Counted from the first letter of the stretch, positions 1 to 9,930 are shown. The stretch is DNA of 64,000 bases from an uncultured Verrucomicrobiae bacterium (GCA_963765205.1 CAVXVB010000005.1:320001-384000); one strand, 5' to 3'. A program made the numbers and translations. The notes: generated by a model not told the origin, from the letters alone.

Positions 1-1097
1 CCGGCGCCAATGCTCCAAAACTGGTTGCCCGGGGTAAACAATTGGTTGAGCATGGTCGCCACGCTGCCGCCGCTGGCGCTAAGCGTGATATTGGGCAGGC
101 GGTTGGCGACGGCGACGCCCACGAGTGCGCTGGCCGCATGAAGATTCGCCTCCGCCGAGCGCACATCGGGGCGCTGTTCAACCAATTTCGACGGCAGGCT
201 GACCGGCAAATCCTGGGGAAGTTGCAGGCTGGCGAGGTCGAAGACCGGCACGGAGTTGTCGCTGGGAAAGCGCCCGGCGAGCGCGGTCAGGAGATCGCGT
301 TGCTGCGCCAATTGTTTTTGTAATGGAGGCAAGCCCGCCTGCGCCTGGGCCAGCGCCGCCTCCTGCGCTTTAACATCGGCCTGGGCGATTTGCCCAAGGT
401 CGTATTGTTTGTGCATGACTTCGAGTTGCTCGCTATTAATCTTGATCACCTCCTCCGTTGCGGCAATTTGCTCGCGTAGAGACCCTTCCTGCACCGCCGT
501 GGCCACGACACTGGAGGTCAAAGTCAAATAGGCCGCTTCAAGCTGGAAACGCTGCGCATCCTCTTGCGCTTGCAACGACTCCACCGTCCGCCGGTTAAGT
601 CCAAAAAGGTCGAGCGTCCAAATGGCGTTTAGTTGCGCGGTGTAGAGATTGAAGAGCAAAACAGACGAGGTTAAAGATGGCGAGGGCTGCCCGGCATTTT
701 GGTTGCGCGTCGGTGTGAAGCTGGCCTGGACACTGGGCAAATAGGCGCCCGCTTGCGCGCGCACACCTTCCTGCGCGACGCGGAGGGCGGCTTGGGCGGC
801 TTCCAAGCTGGGATTCGTTTTGAGGGACTGCTCGATCAAATCATTCAGCGGCTGCGAATGAAACAAGGTCCACCACTGCGCAGGAATATCCGCGCCTTGG
901 ACGAAATTTTGCGCTTCGCCATCCGACGCGTCGGCCGAGGCGGTTTGGGCGGGTAAAGGCTCTGCCGTATAACCCGCAGCCGTGGGCGGCTCGGGCTGGT
1001 GGTAATTCGGCCCCACCGCGCAACCGCCCAGCAGCAGCAGCATTGCCACCAGCGCAAGGCTGCGGCTGAACCCAACTTTGGTGATAAAATGCGCCAT
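1..1097 (-). CDS. RND efflux outer-membrane lipoprotein (NodT/TolC family), truncated by the window edge
   Basis: Manual translation from ATG 1097: MAHFITKVGFSRSLALVAMLLLLGGCAVGPNYHQPEPP (lipobox LGGC plus the typical CAVGPNY). Directly downstream of the RND pump. Not in the ORF track because the stop is outside the window. Confidence 0.85.
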   Translation of the reverse strand, partial: MAHFITKVGFSRSLALVAMLLLLGGCAVGPNYHQPEPPTAAGYTAEPLPAQTASADASDGEAQNFVQGADIPAQWWTLFHSQPLNDLIEQSLKTNPSLEAAQAALRVAQEGVRAQAGAYLPSVQASFTPTRNQNAGQPSPSLTSSVLLFNLYTAQLNAIWTLDLFGLNRRTVESLQAQEDAQRFQLEAAYLTLTSSVVATAVQEGSLREQIAATEEVIKINSEQLEVMHKQYDLGQIAQADVKAQEAALAQAQAGLPPLQKQLAQQRDLLTALAGRFPSDNSVPVFDLASLQLPQDLPVSLPSKLVEQRPDVRSAEANLHAASALVGVAVANRLPNITLSASGGSVATMLNQLFTPGNQFWSIGA

Positions 1098-1099
1098 GG

Positions 1100-4000
1100 T
1101 TATTCTTCGGAGAAAGTGGCGGGTTCCGCGGGAAGGACTTTCCTGTTCATGCGCCCGCGGCGGGAGAAAATGTCAATCAGCACGGGCAAGATGATAAGGA
1201 TCAAAACCGGCGCGAGCAGAATCCCACCCACCACGACGAGCGCCAACGGTTTTTGCACTTGCGAGCCGATGCCGGTGGACATGGCTGCCGGCAAAAGCCC
1301 CACACACGCGGCGATGCACGTCATCACCACTGGCCGCAGACATATTTGGCAGGCGCGCAGTAGGGCCTGCGCCCGCTCCATGCCATTGTCAATCAGCCGG
1401 TTGAAATAGGAGAGCACAATGATGCCATCCATCACGGAAATGCCAAACAGCGCGATAAAGCCAATCGCGGCGGAGACGCTGAACGGCGTGCCGGTCAGGT
1501 AGAGGGCAAAAATTCCGCCGATCAGCGCCATGGGCATGACGCTGGCCGCCAGCAAAGTGTCGGCGAGAGACGAAAAATTTGTGAAGAGCAACAAGCCGAT
1601 GAGCAAGAGGCTGATGGGCACCACGATTTTGAGACGGTCCAAAGCATCTTGCAGGGCGCCGAATTCCCCCACCCATTCCAAGCGCGCGCCGGCCGGCAAA
1701 TGAATCTGGGCATTGATTTTTTGCTGGGCTTCCAGCACGGCGCTGCCAAGGTCGCGCCCGCGCACGCTGAATTTGATGGGAATGTAGCGTTCCTGGTTCT
1801 CCCGGTAGATGAACGAATAGCTCGAGACGAGGCTGACATTGGCCACGTCGGCCAAGGGAATTTGCACGACGCCGTTGCCACTCGGATTGGGCGCGCTGAT
1901 GGGAATGTGGCGGATGGCGTCAAGATTCTGCCGGTATTCCAGCCCGAACCGGACGATAATGGGGAAATTGCGGTCGCTGCCGTATTCGTAAAGATTACCC
2001 GCGCTCTGGCCGCCGATGGCCGCCTGCACGGTGTTGTTAATGTCGCCTGTCATCAGGCCATAGTGCGCGGCGCGGAGGCGATCCACGTCAATATTGAGGG
2101 TGGGCTGGCCCAGCGCGTCAAACACGGAAAGGTCGGTGATGCCGGGAATCGTCGCCATAATGCCCTTGATTTTGTAGGCCGTGTCTTCAATCGCATAGAG
2201 GTCGTTGCCATACAATTTGACCGAGTTTTCGCCCTTCACGCCGGACGCCGCCTCTTCGACGTTGTCCTCGATGTATTGCGAGAAATTCCATTCGACTCCC
2301 GGAAAGGGCGCGGCCAACGCGTCGTTCATTTGGTCGGTCAATTTATCCTTGTCCACCCCCTTGGGCCAGGCGCTGGGTGCCTTTAGCGGGACATTGAACT
2401 CGGCGTTGAAAAAGCCCGTGGTGTCGGTGCCATCGTCCGGCCGGCCCAATTGCGAGATGACGGTTTGCACTTCGGGAAAGCCTTTGATGATTTTCCGCAT
2501 CTGGCTGACGTAGCCCTCGGCCTCTTCCAGCGAGATGGACGGTGGCAAAGTGGCGCGAATCCACAAATTGCCCTCTTCCAGCTTCGGCATGAATTCCAGG
2601 CCGAGTGAGCGCCCGGCGAGCAGCGCCATAATAATGAGCAAGGCCGCGCCACCCAAAGTCACAATGCGGTTGGCGAGCGTGAACTTCAACAGCCCGGTGT
2701 AAAAACGCCGCAGGCCGCGCACGATGAAGGTTTCCGTTTCCACGACGCGCTCGGGCAGCAGCAAGGCGCTCAACGCGGGCGAGATGGTGAAGGTGGCCAG
2801 CAAGCCCCCGGCGATGGCGTAGGCATACGTCTTGGCCATCGGCCCGAAAATGTGCCCTTCGATGCCGGTCAGTGTGAACAGCGGCACAAACCCCGCGATA
2901 ATGATCGCGGCGGAAAAGAAAATCGCCTTGTTGACCTCAAACGCCGAAATGGCGATCACCCCGAATTTACCCGGCAGCCCTTCCAGCGGGCGGATGCGGT
3001 GCAACACGCCCGTGTTGACGAAACGCTGATCCGGCTTCTGCGCCAGGTGCCGGAAGATGTTTTCCACCATGATGACCGTAGCATCCACAATCAGGCCGAA
3101 ATCAATCGCGCCGATGGAAAGTAGATTGGCCGATTCCCCCCGCGCCACCATGATGAGGATGGCGAAAAACAAAGCAAAGGGGATGGTCGCCGCCACAATC
3201 AACGCGCTGCGCAGGTTCCCCAGAAACAGCCATTGCACGAGAAAGATCAGCGTTACCCCCACCACTAAATTATGCAGCACCGTGTGCGTCGTCACGTTGA
3301 TCAACTCAGTGCGGTCATAAATCTTTTCGAGATGCACGCCGGGTGGCAGGACATTGGTCGTATTGATTTTTTCCACCTCGGCCTCGACTCGCCGAATCGT
3401 GGGCAGGCTTTCCTCGCCCCGTCGCATCAGGACGGTGCCCTGGACGATATCGTCATCGTCATCCTGGCCGACGATGCCGAGCCGGGGCTGGAAGCCGACC
3501 TCGACCGTGGCGACATCCTTGATAAAAATTGGCGAGCCGTTATTGGCGCTGACCAGGGTGTTGCGGATGTCGTCCATCGTGTGGATTAGGCCGACTCCGC
3601 GCACCACCGCCGCCTGCGGTCCAAAATTCACCGTCTGGCCGCCAACATTGATATTGCTGTTGTTCAACGCTTGCAGAACCTGCGGCACGGTAAGGCCCTC
3701 CGCCAGAAGTTTATTTTCATCAATCGTCACTTCATAAGTTTTTGTTTTACCCGCCCAGCCATCCACATCCACGACGCCCGGCACCGCTTTGAACCGGCGT
3801 TCCAAAATCCAGTCCTGGATGGTCTTGAGGTCGGTGACGGAATAACCCGGCGGCCCGACGATGCGGTAACGGTAAATCTCGCCAATTGGGCTTTCCGGCG
3901 AAATTTGCGGCGCGACCCCGTTGCCAAAAGGCGTCAATTCGGAAAGCTGGTTGATGACCTTCTGCTCCGCCTCTTCATAAGAGTAGTCATACGTGAACTG

Positions 4001-4285
4001 AACGCGCACATCGGACAGGCCGAATAGCGAAATGGTCTCAACCGATTTGACATTCTTGATGCCGGCCAACTGAATTTCGATGGGGATCGTGATATACCGC
4101 TCGATTTCCTCGGCGGACTGGCCGGGGTTTTGCGTGATTATTTCTACCAGCGGCGGCACCGGATCGGGGTAGGCTTCAATGTTAAGCTGGTGGAAGGCGA
4201 CCAAGCCGGCCCCGAACAAGGACAGCATCAAAATCAGCACCAGAAAACGCTGTTTGAGGGCAAAGGCGACAATGTGGTTGATCAT
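1100..4285 (-). CDS. CusA/CzcA family heavy-metal efflux RND transporter
   Basis: MINHIVAFALKQRFLV start; AYPD, GAIDFGLIVDATVIMVEN, LRPVVMT and GSQVQKPLALVVVGG motifs; about 1060 aa. Confidence 0.93.
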   Translation of the reverse strand: MINHIVAFALKQRFLVLILMLSLFGAGLVAFHQLNIEAYPDPVPPLVEIITQNPGQSAEEIERYITIPIEIQLAGIKNVKSVETISLFGLSDVRVQFTYDYSYEEAEQKVINQLSELTPFGNGVAPQISPESPIGEIYRYRIVGPPGYSVTDLKTIQDWILERRFKAVPGVVDVDGWAGKTKTYEVTIDENKLLAEGLTVPQVLQALNNSNINVGGQTVNFGPQAAVVRGVGLIHTMDDIRNTLVSANNGSPIFIKDVATVEVGFQPRLGIVGQDDDDDIVQGTVLMRRGEESLPTIRRVEAEVEKINTTNVLPPGVHLEKIYDRTELINVTTHTVLHNLVVGVTLIFLVQWLFLGNLRSALIVAATIPFALFFAILIMVARGESANLLSIGAIDFGLIVDATVIMVENIFRHLAQKPDQRFVNTGVLHRIRPLEGLPGKFGVIAISAFEVNKAIFFSAAIIIAGFVPLFTLTGIEGHIFGPMAKTYAYAIAGGLLATFTISPALSALLLPERVVETETFIVRGLRRFYTGLLKFTLANRIVTLGGAALLIIMALLAGRSLGLEFMPKLEEGNLWIRATLPPSISLEEAEGYVSQMRKIIKGFPEVQTVISQLGRPDDGTDTTGFFNAEFNVPLKAPSAWPKGVDKDKLTDQMNDALAAPFPGVEWNFSQYIEDNVEEAASGVKGENSVKLYGNDLYAIEDTAYKIKGIMATIPGITDLSVFDALGQPTLNIDVDRLRAAHYGLMTGDINNTVQAAIGGQSAGNLYEYGSDRNFPIIVRFGLEYRQNLDAIRHIPISAPNPSGNGVVQIPLADVANVSLVSSYSFIYRENQERYIPIKFSVRGRDLGSAVLEAQQKINAQIHLPAGARLEWVGEFGALQDALDRLKIVVPISLLLIGLLLFTNFSSLADTLLAASVMPMALIGGIFALYLTGTPFSVSAAIGFIALFGISVMDGIIVLSYFNRLIDNGMERAQALLRACQICLRPVVMTCIAACVGLLPAAMSTGIGSQVQKPLALVVVGGILLAPVLILIILPVLIDIFSRRGRMNRKVLPAEPATFSEE

Positions 4286-4316
4286 GTTTCGTTCCTGGCT
4301 GTGGGCCGAAGCCCGG

Positions 4317-5621
4317 TCACTCGGCCTGGGCCGCGCGATCAATAAACAAGCTGCCACTGGTCACCACCTTCTCGCCCGCCGCCAATCCGGACAGCACCTC
4401 CAGCTTGCCGTCAGTGGCCCGGCCCACTTGGATTTCCCGCAACGCGAGTGATTTATCGCTCCCCGCGACCCAGACATGGGTCTCCTTGCCTTCATACACC
4501 ACGGCTTCCTCGGGCACGGCCGGCGCCGGCTGATCGTCGCTGGTGATAATCTTGAAGTTCGCAAACATTTGCGGCTTCAGCGCGCCATCTGGATTCGCCA
4601 CTTCCGCCCGCACCAGCAGCCGATGCGTGTTCGGGTCAATCGCCGGCGCGACATAGGCGAGCTTCGCCTTAAATACGCGATCAGGGAAAGCCAGCACCGT
4701 GACCTCCACCGGCGCGCCCACGCGCATCGCCGGTGCATCCGCTTCGCGCACATTGGCCACAAGCCAAACGGTTGAAAGGTCGCCAATGGTGAAGACCTGG
4801 TTTGTCGCGCCTCCCGCCACGCTGTTGAGGTATTGGCCGATGCCCACCTGGCGCTGTGTCACGGTGCCGGCAATGGGCGCCGTTACAATGGCTTCCGCAT
4901 CCAAGGCCTGTACGTCCGGCGTATTTTCGAGCGCGCTGATTTCATCGTCGCTTTTGCCCAAAATGCGCAGGCGATTGCGCACCAGGCCGAGCGCAATCTG
5001 CGCCGAGCGAAAACCGTTCTGGGCGGTGGCCAGGTCGGATTGGCTCTGCTGCCAATCTTTGAGTGCGCCGCCTTTGGCGTCATAAAGGTCGTGCTGGCGC
5101 TGCTCGCTGGTCTGCGCGAGGGTCAACTGGGCCTGCGCGGTCTTGAGCGCTCCCACGGCGGCGACCAAATCATTCTGGGCCTGCGCGAATTCCGATGCCT
5201 GCACCGCAAACAACGGCGCGCCCTGCGCCACGCTGTCCCCGGCTTTGGCCAACAACTTGGTGACCCGCCCGGAATAAGGTGAAAATACCGGCGTGGTCGT
5301 GTCGTCATCCACGGCGATTTCCCCGTCGGTTGTTACTTCGGTGCGGAAAGGCTCGGCTTTAATCTCGGCCACTTTTAAGCCGGCCCACTGCTCGTCCGTG
5401 GGCCGGAATGCTCCCGCCGCGGTGGTCGGCGTCGCATCGTCCGTCGTGGCCGCTGGGGCCGATCGCGCAACATGCACCAGAACCAGCACCGCCATCACGC
5501 CTGCTATCAGCCCGACCAGGATCAAAAGCTGTCGGTGAACCGACAACCTCGCTTGGTCGATTCCCGGCGGAGGGTTGACGGTCTCGGATTCAGTAGGGCT
5601 AATGGGTTCTTCCGGCTTCAT
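4317..5621 (-). CDS. RND efflux periplasmic adaptor (CzcB-like membrane fusion protein)
   Basis: N-terminal TM anchor; lipoyl-like VFSPYSGRVTKLLAKAGDSV; APIAGTV, DLSTVW and LKPQMFA motifs. Confidence 0.92.
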   Translation of the reverse strand: MKPEEPISPTESETVNPPPGIDQARLSVHRQLLILVGLIAGVMAVLVLVHVARSAPAATTDDATPTTAAGAFRPTDEQWAGLKVAEIKAEPFRTEVTTDGEIAVDDDTTTPVFSPYSGRVTKLLAKAGDSVAQGAPLFAVQASEFAQAQNDLVAAVGALKTAQAQLTLAQTSEQRQHDLYDAKGGALKDWQQSQSDLATAQNGFRSAQIALGLVRNRLRILGKSDDEISALENTPDVQALDAEAIVTAPIAGTVTQRQVGIGQYLNSVAGGATNQVFTIGDLSTVWLVANVREADAPAMRVGAPVEVTVLAFPDRVFKAKLAYVAPAIDPNTHRLLVRAEVANPDGALKPQMFANFKIITSDDQPAPAVPEEAVVYEGKETHVWVAGSDKSLALREIQVGRATDGKLEVLSGLAAGEKVVTSGSLFIDRAAQAE

Positions 5622-5658
5622 GCCGACGCAGCCTACAGAGATTTTCCGCCCATGTCTT

Positions 5659-5696
5659 TAGGGGCATACTCTAAAATCAACTAGGATGCTTCCCTA
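5659..5696. promoter_or_regulatory. Two imperfect palindromes upstream of the efflux operon; putative response-regulator sites
   Basis: TAGGGGCATACTCTA (5659-5673) and TAGGATGCTTCCCTA (5682-5696). Confidence 0.45.
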
Positions 5697-5740
5697 ATCA
5701 ATGGTGAAAATTCCGCGTCATTCGCCATCAAGAAGTCGCT

Positions 5741-6442
5741 TCAAGTCTGCTTTTCGCTTTCCACCCAGCGCACCGCCTCGCGAATCAGCGCGGTGGCCGT
5801 CTCAATCCCAAGTTTCTCTTTGATATGTTCGCAATGGGCCTGCACCGTCTTGAGGCTGATATGCAATTCCTGGGCGATGCGGCGGTTTTCGTGGCCCTGC
5901 CCAATCAGGCGGAAAACTTCCAGCTCCCGGTCGCCCAATTGCTCGAGGGTGGACTCCCCGTGGGCCATTTTCCGGCCCAAATATTTTTGCGCAATCAGGT
6001 TCGACAATGGTTCGCTGACGTAAAACTGGCCCAGTAAAACCCGGCGGATGCCCTCAATCACTTTTCCTGTGGTCTCCCGCTTCATCACATAGCCCAGCGC
6101 CCCGGCCCGCAACGCCCGCTCGGCGTAAAAAGCTTCATCGTGCATCGACAGCACCAAGACCCGCGGCACCGGCGTCAACGTCTGCAACCGCTTGATCAAG
6201 TCCAGGCCTGACTCGTTGCGCAAGGAAAGGTCCACCACGACGACTTCCGGCTGCAAGCGCGTGATTTCCGCCAACGATTCATTGATGGTCGCGCCCTGCC
6301 CGCAGACCCACAGGTCGACTTGTTGGTCAATAAAGTTCGTCAGCCACTCGCGTGCAAACGCATGATCGTCCACCACAAACACCCGTCGGCGACCGGCTGG
6401 CGGGACCGGAGCTGTCTCGGATAATGTCGAAGGCATGGTCAT
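5741..6442 (-). CDS. NarL/FixJ family response regulator (REC plus LuxR HTH)
   Basis: VVDDH, VVDLSL, LSMHDE, GYVMK; C-terminal RELEVFRLIGQG...LHISLKTVQAH; ATG overlaps the kinase stop. Confidence 0.93.
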   Translation of the reverse strand: MTMPSTLSETAPVPPAGRRRVFVVDDHAFAREWLTNFIDQQVDLWVCGQGATINESLAEITRLQPEVVVVDLSLRNESGLDLIKRLQTLTPVPRVLVLSMHDEAFYAERALRAGALGYVMKRETTGKVIEGIRRVLLGQFYVSEPLSNLIAQKYLGRKMAHGESTLEQLGDRELEVFRLIGQGHENRRIAQELHISLKTVQAHCEHIKEKLGIETATALIREAVRWVESEKQT

Positions 6443-7569
6443 GGCGTGGGCCCGGCGTAACGATACCGGCAAGAAATGAGCGTGCCACCCTCCGGCGGCG
6501 TTTCAATGGTGAATTTTGCGCCGATGATCGCCGCGCGGTGGGCCATGATGCGCAAGCCCAGCCCCTGGCCGCGAGCCTCCGGCGAGGGCAGTCCATTGCC
6601 GTCGTCAGAAATGCTCAAGACCAGGCCGTCATTGTCTGCCGCCAAGGTTATCTCGATGGCGCGCGCGCGCGCATGGCGGACCGCGTTGCGCACGGCTTCC
6701 TGCGCGATTCGGTAAAAATGGGTGGCAACGTCGTTTTCCGAAAGATTGATTTCTCCCTGGCTGCGAAAGGTACAAACGATTTGGTGTTGATCCTCGGTGG
6801 CCTTCGCCAATTCCGTCAACTCGGCCGCCAGGTTTTGCCGTTCAATTTCGGCCAGCAGGAGGCCTTTGGCCAAACCGCGCGTTTGTTCAATCGCCTGCTC
6901 GACAAATTCCACCACTTTGCGAGCGTCCGCGGCTTCGCCCGCCTGCCGCGCTTCCAGCTTGTCCGCGAGAATTTTCCCGGCCAGGGCCGTGCCCGTCAAA
7001 TATTGTCCCAAACCATCATGCAACTCCTGGCCGATGCTGGTGCGTTCTCTTCGTCCGATTTCCAACACCGCTTTTTCCAGCCGCTCGCGTTCGGCGATTT
7101 CCAAAGTCAGCGCCTCGGTGCGTTGCCGCACCCGCTCCTCCAGTTCCCGGTGCACGGCCTGCAGTTTGGCATTGATCGAAATCAGTGTCGCCAGCAGCCA
7201 GACCACCACCAGATAGGTGGCGAGCACAATCAACGCATTCCACCACGGGGTCAGCGGATCTTGGTAGTGCGCTCCGGCCGCGATATCGCCAATCAGCGAG
7301 ATGGCCATGCTGACCACTGCGGTCACCACCCCACCCACCCAACCCATCGTCACCACCGCAATGGCCACCGGCAGCAAGTAGAAAACCATCACCGAGGCTT
7401 CGTAACCGGTAAAGTAGTCCAGCGCCCCAATGACCAAAACCAGCCCAGCCACCACCAACGCCCAATACCATCGAGAATGGCGATGCACGGAAGTCGTCAA
7501 CATGGCCGACAGCCAAGGTAACGGCTTGTCCTTCATGCGATTCGTTGTCGGATGTGAAAGTTTGTCCAT
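6439..7569 (-). CDS. Membrane sensor histidine kinase (HisKA_3/NarX-like)
   Basis: N-terminal TM helices; ELHDGLGQ H-box, QEAVRNAVRHA N-box, DDGNG and GLGL boxes; start uncertain. Confidence 0.9.
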   Translation of the reverse strand: MDKLSHPTTNRMKDKPLPWLSAMLTTSVHRHSRWYWALVVAGLVLVIGALDYFTGYEASVMVFYLLPVAIAVVTMGWVGGVVTAVVSMAISLIGDIAAGAHYQDPLTPWWNALIVLATYLVVVWLLATLISINAKLQAVHRELEERVRQRTEALTLEIAERERLEKAVLEIGRRERTSIGQELHDGLGQYLTGTALAGKILADKLEARQAGEAADARKVVEFVEQAIEQTRGLAKGLLLAEIERQNLAAELTELAKATEDQHQIVCTFRSQGEINLSENDVATHFYRIAQEAVRNAVRHARARAIEITLAADNDGLVLSISDDGNGLPSPEARGQGLGLRIMAHRAAIIGAKFTIETPPEGGTLISCRYRYAGPTP

Positions 7570-7829
7570 CTTCTGCGCCCTGACCGCTTGCCTTTCTAGA
7601 TGAAAACCACCCTTCGCGCGAGCCAGGAACTTTATTGCCGAATTATGCAATTTGGTTGATTATTCACCAGGCAAGAAAGGTGTAATCCGTTTGTTTAATC
7701 CGGTGGTCGAAAAAGGGATGTTTTTGGAGTTTACAGGATAACGACGCGATTCCCTGAAGCACCTGAATGATACGGTCTCGACTATGCAAGAGCACAACAG
7801 ACTATGCTGGGAAATAATATCATTTCACA

Positions 7830-7866
7830 TTAAAAGGCCGCTGCTCTACCCTTGAGCTACCAGCCC
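7830..7866 (-). tRNA. 5' half of tRNA-Lys(UUU), truncated after the anticodon loop (probable att junction)
   Basis: GGGCTGG-TA-GCTC-AAGGGTA-GAGC-A-GCGGC-CTTTTAA gives acceptor 5' strand, D arm, anticodon stem 5' strand and loop. No T arm or acceptor 3' strand follows. Confidence 0.85.
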
Positions 7867-7907
7867 GTGGCGGGCGCGGGCCGGTTTGGTTCCGCGCTCG
7901 AAGGGTG

Positions 7908-7937
7908 AAGTTACTCCATGACCCGGCCCGTTGGCAA
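7908..7937 (-). promoter_or_regulatory. Sigma70-like promoter upstream of the tRNA-Lys half
   Basis: TTGCCA-N18-TAACTT, about 40 nt upstream of the tRNA 5' end. Confidence 0.4.
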
Positions 7938-7955
7938 GCCGGTTTGCGCCGGTGC

Positions 7956-8705
7956 CTAACAAATCCGCATGGTCAGGCCGCCGTCAATGGCCACGGTTTC
8001 GCCGGTGATGTAATCGTTTTGCACCAGTTCGCGGATCAGGGTGGCGACCTGCTCGGGCGTGCCTTCGCGGTGCAGCGGAATCCGGTTATCGAGGTTGTGC
8101 TGCTTCGCCTGCGGCGTCATGGCCGCGTGGAAGGCGGTGCGAATCACGCCCGGCGCGACGCAGTTCACGCGGATGTTGTCGTCCGCAAATTCGTAGGCCA
8201 GGGCGCGCGTCAACTGCGGCAGCGCGCCTTTGACCGTTTGATACGCCACGTTGCTCTTGATCCCGCGCAGGCCCGCCGCGGAGGAGATCAGGATGATCAC
8301 GCCCTCCTTTTGTTTTTTCATCCCGGGGATCGCCGCGCGGCTCAAATGAAACACCGCGTGGACATGCACCGCGAACGCCCCCAGCCAGGCCTCCGGCGTC
8401 AACTGCAACAAGCCTCCGTTGACGGCCCCGCCCGCCGCATGGATGAGCACCGCGACCGGCCCCAGCCCGCGCTCCGCCTCCGCGACGCAGCGCGCGGCCT
8501 CCTCGGGGATGCCCACGTCCGCCGCGATTAAAAGACAGCGCCGGCCCAATTTTTCGACGCGCGCTTGGGTCTGCCGCGCCTCGTCATCGAGATGCCGTGC
8601 GACGAGGGCCAAGTCCGCGCCGCCCTCGGCGAGGAGCACGGCGGTGGTCGCGCCGATGCCCTTGGTGCCGCCGGTGACCAGGCAGATTTTATTGGTGAGA
8701 TTCAT
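7956..8705 (-). CDS. SDR family oxidoreductase
   Basis: TGGTKGIG Rossmann motif, YQTVK catalytic YxxxK, IRVNCVAPG, ITGETVAIDGG. Confidence 0.93.
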   Translation of the reverse strand: MNLTNKICLVTGGTKGIGATTAVLLAEGGADLALVARHLDDEARQTQARVEKLGRRCLLIAADVGIPEEAARCVAEAERGLGPVAVLIHAAGGAVNGGLLQLTPEAWLGAFAVHVHAVFHLSRAAIPGMKKQKEGVIILISSAAGLRGIKSNVAYQTVKGALPQLTRALAYEFADDNIRVNCVAPGVIRTAFHAAMTPQAKQHNLDNRIPLHREGTPEQVATLIRELVQNDYITGETVAIDGGLTMRIC

Positions 8706-8837
8706 GGGAAAGTGTTTTGCGGGGAAAATTTTGATTCAAAAAACTCTTAAACGGAAATATGGCCTGAGTTATAAGATGGCAGTTCACGCCAGCGGCAAAA
8801 TTGGAGCAAGCTAAAAACCTAATCCTATACATGATTC

Positions 8838-9190
8838 TTAATCTTCAAGACGAAGGCCAAGGCTTCTAGCATTATTCAAGATCTTCATGCGCTGCTCATG
8901 ATAGCTAATAAGATAAATGGAAATCCAGACAAGAAGGCTGGTAGTCAAAAACAATCCTATCGTCAGCCAAGGCACCTCTTGATGCTTATCAAATACAACA
9001 TAGAGAAGTCTTTCAAAAACCATCTCAAAACAATCAAAAAAAAAGACTCAAAAGTGAGGCGAATAAAAAAATCGCCACAGCGATTCCGTTGATGCGCCCC
9101 GGAGTTTGTTTTTTGCCCGTAACCTCATCATAAATAAATTTAATTACGAAATTAATTTTTTCAAGTGCCCTTTCTATAATACCAGTGTGA
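8838..9190 (-). pseudogene. Small membrane protein, apparently frameshifted at a poly-T run near 9035-9045
   Basis: Upstream frame IIERALEKINFVIKFIYDEVTGKKQTPGRINGIAVAIFLFASLLSLF joins ORF 8838..9023 after a one-base shift; AT-rich; start uncertain. Confidence 0.4.
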
Positions 9191-9205
9191 TCAAAAATTT
9201 CTTTG

Positions 9206-9331
9206 TTACACTCTCATCAACGCATCGATTGTTATTCTTATAAAAGTTGCAACTGCAAAAATAATGATTGCAAATGAAATAAGGACGACAAGTAAATCCA
9301 CCGGGCTGTTTATTTTAAGATGGAATTCCAT
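9206..9331 (-). CDS. 41-aa single-TM peptide
   Basis: MEFHLKINSPVDLLVVLISFAIIIFAVATFIRITIDALMRV preceded by GGAGAG Shine-Dalgarno. Confidence 0.45.
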   Translation of the reverse strand: MEFHLKINSPVDLLVVLISFAIIIFAVATFIRITIDALMRV

Positions 9332-9462
9332 TTTAATCTCTCCAAGCAAATGCCTCGTGGTATGCCACGAAGTTCTTTACTTAGTGCTTAATTTTGGAAG
9401 AGTTCTAGCGATCCAATAGACAGTAAGAGATAAAATTATTCCTATTTCTGGCCACGGAGGTA

Positions 9463-9915
9463 TTATCGTGAGCCCTCCAAAAAACAGATTTTTATCTCTG
9501 CCGCAAGCATTACAACCAAGAACGCAGCGCTCAATTTCATCACGAACCCACGCAATCCAAATTTTTGTATAAAGTCAGCAGATTCCATAAACGCCTTCCG
9601 TAGTTCGACGTTTTCCTTTTCTAGCTTTTCCAACCCCAAATCATATTCGCCATATACTGATGCGAGTGAAACATCAAATACTTTATCATATTCATAATCA
9701 GCAAGCTTAAGAATGTCCCGCTGGAACGATTGTTCCATAAATACGGCGTTCTTTGAAATCGATTTAGTTTTCATTGTGACACCCATAAAGTTCTTGCATG
9801 CGGTGCTGTTGAGTAATAGGGAACGGAAGTTCAGTATAAAAAGCTGTTTTCGCATATTTGTGCATCGAATAATCGAAGTCAAGAGGGCAAAATAAACATC
9901 AGTCTGAGGATTCAC
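9463..9915 (-). CDS. Hypothetical AT-rich membrane protein; true C-terminus may continue in another frame to about 9377
   Basis: ORF track. The shifted frame after a homopolymer reads LFFGGLTIIPPWPEIGIILSLTVYWIARTLPKLSTK (second TM). Confidence 0.45.
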   Translation of the reverse strand: MNPQTDVYFALLTSIIRCTNMRKQLFILNFRSLLLNSTACKNFMGVTMKTKSISKNAVFMEQSFQRDILKLADYEYDKVFDVSLASVYGEYDLGLEKLEKENVELRKAFMESADFIQKFGLRGFVMKLSAAFLVVMLAAEIKICFLEGSR

Positions 9916-9930
9916 ATTCCCCTCTCCGCG

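Noticed and set aside
7600..7830. Group I intron in tRNA-Lys
   Set aside because: No 3' exon is seen nearby and the sequence runs into a kinase gene; an integration junction fits better
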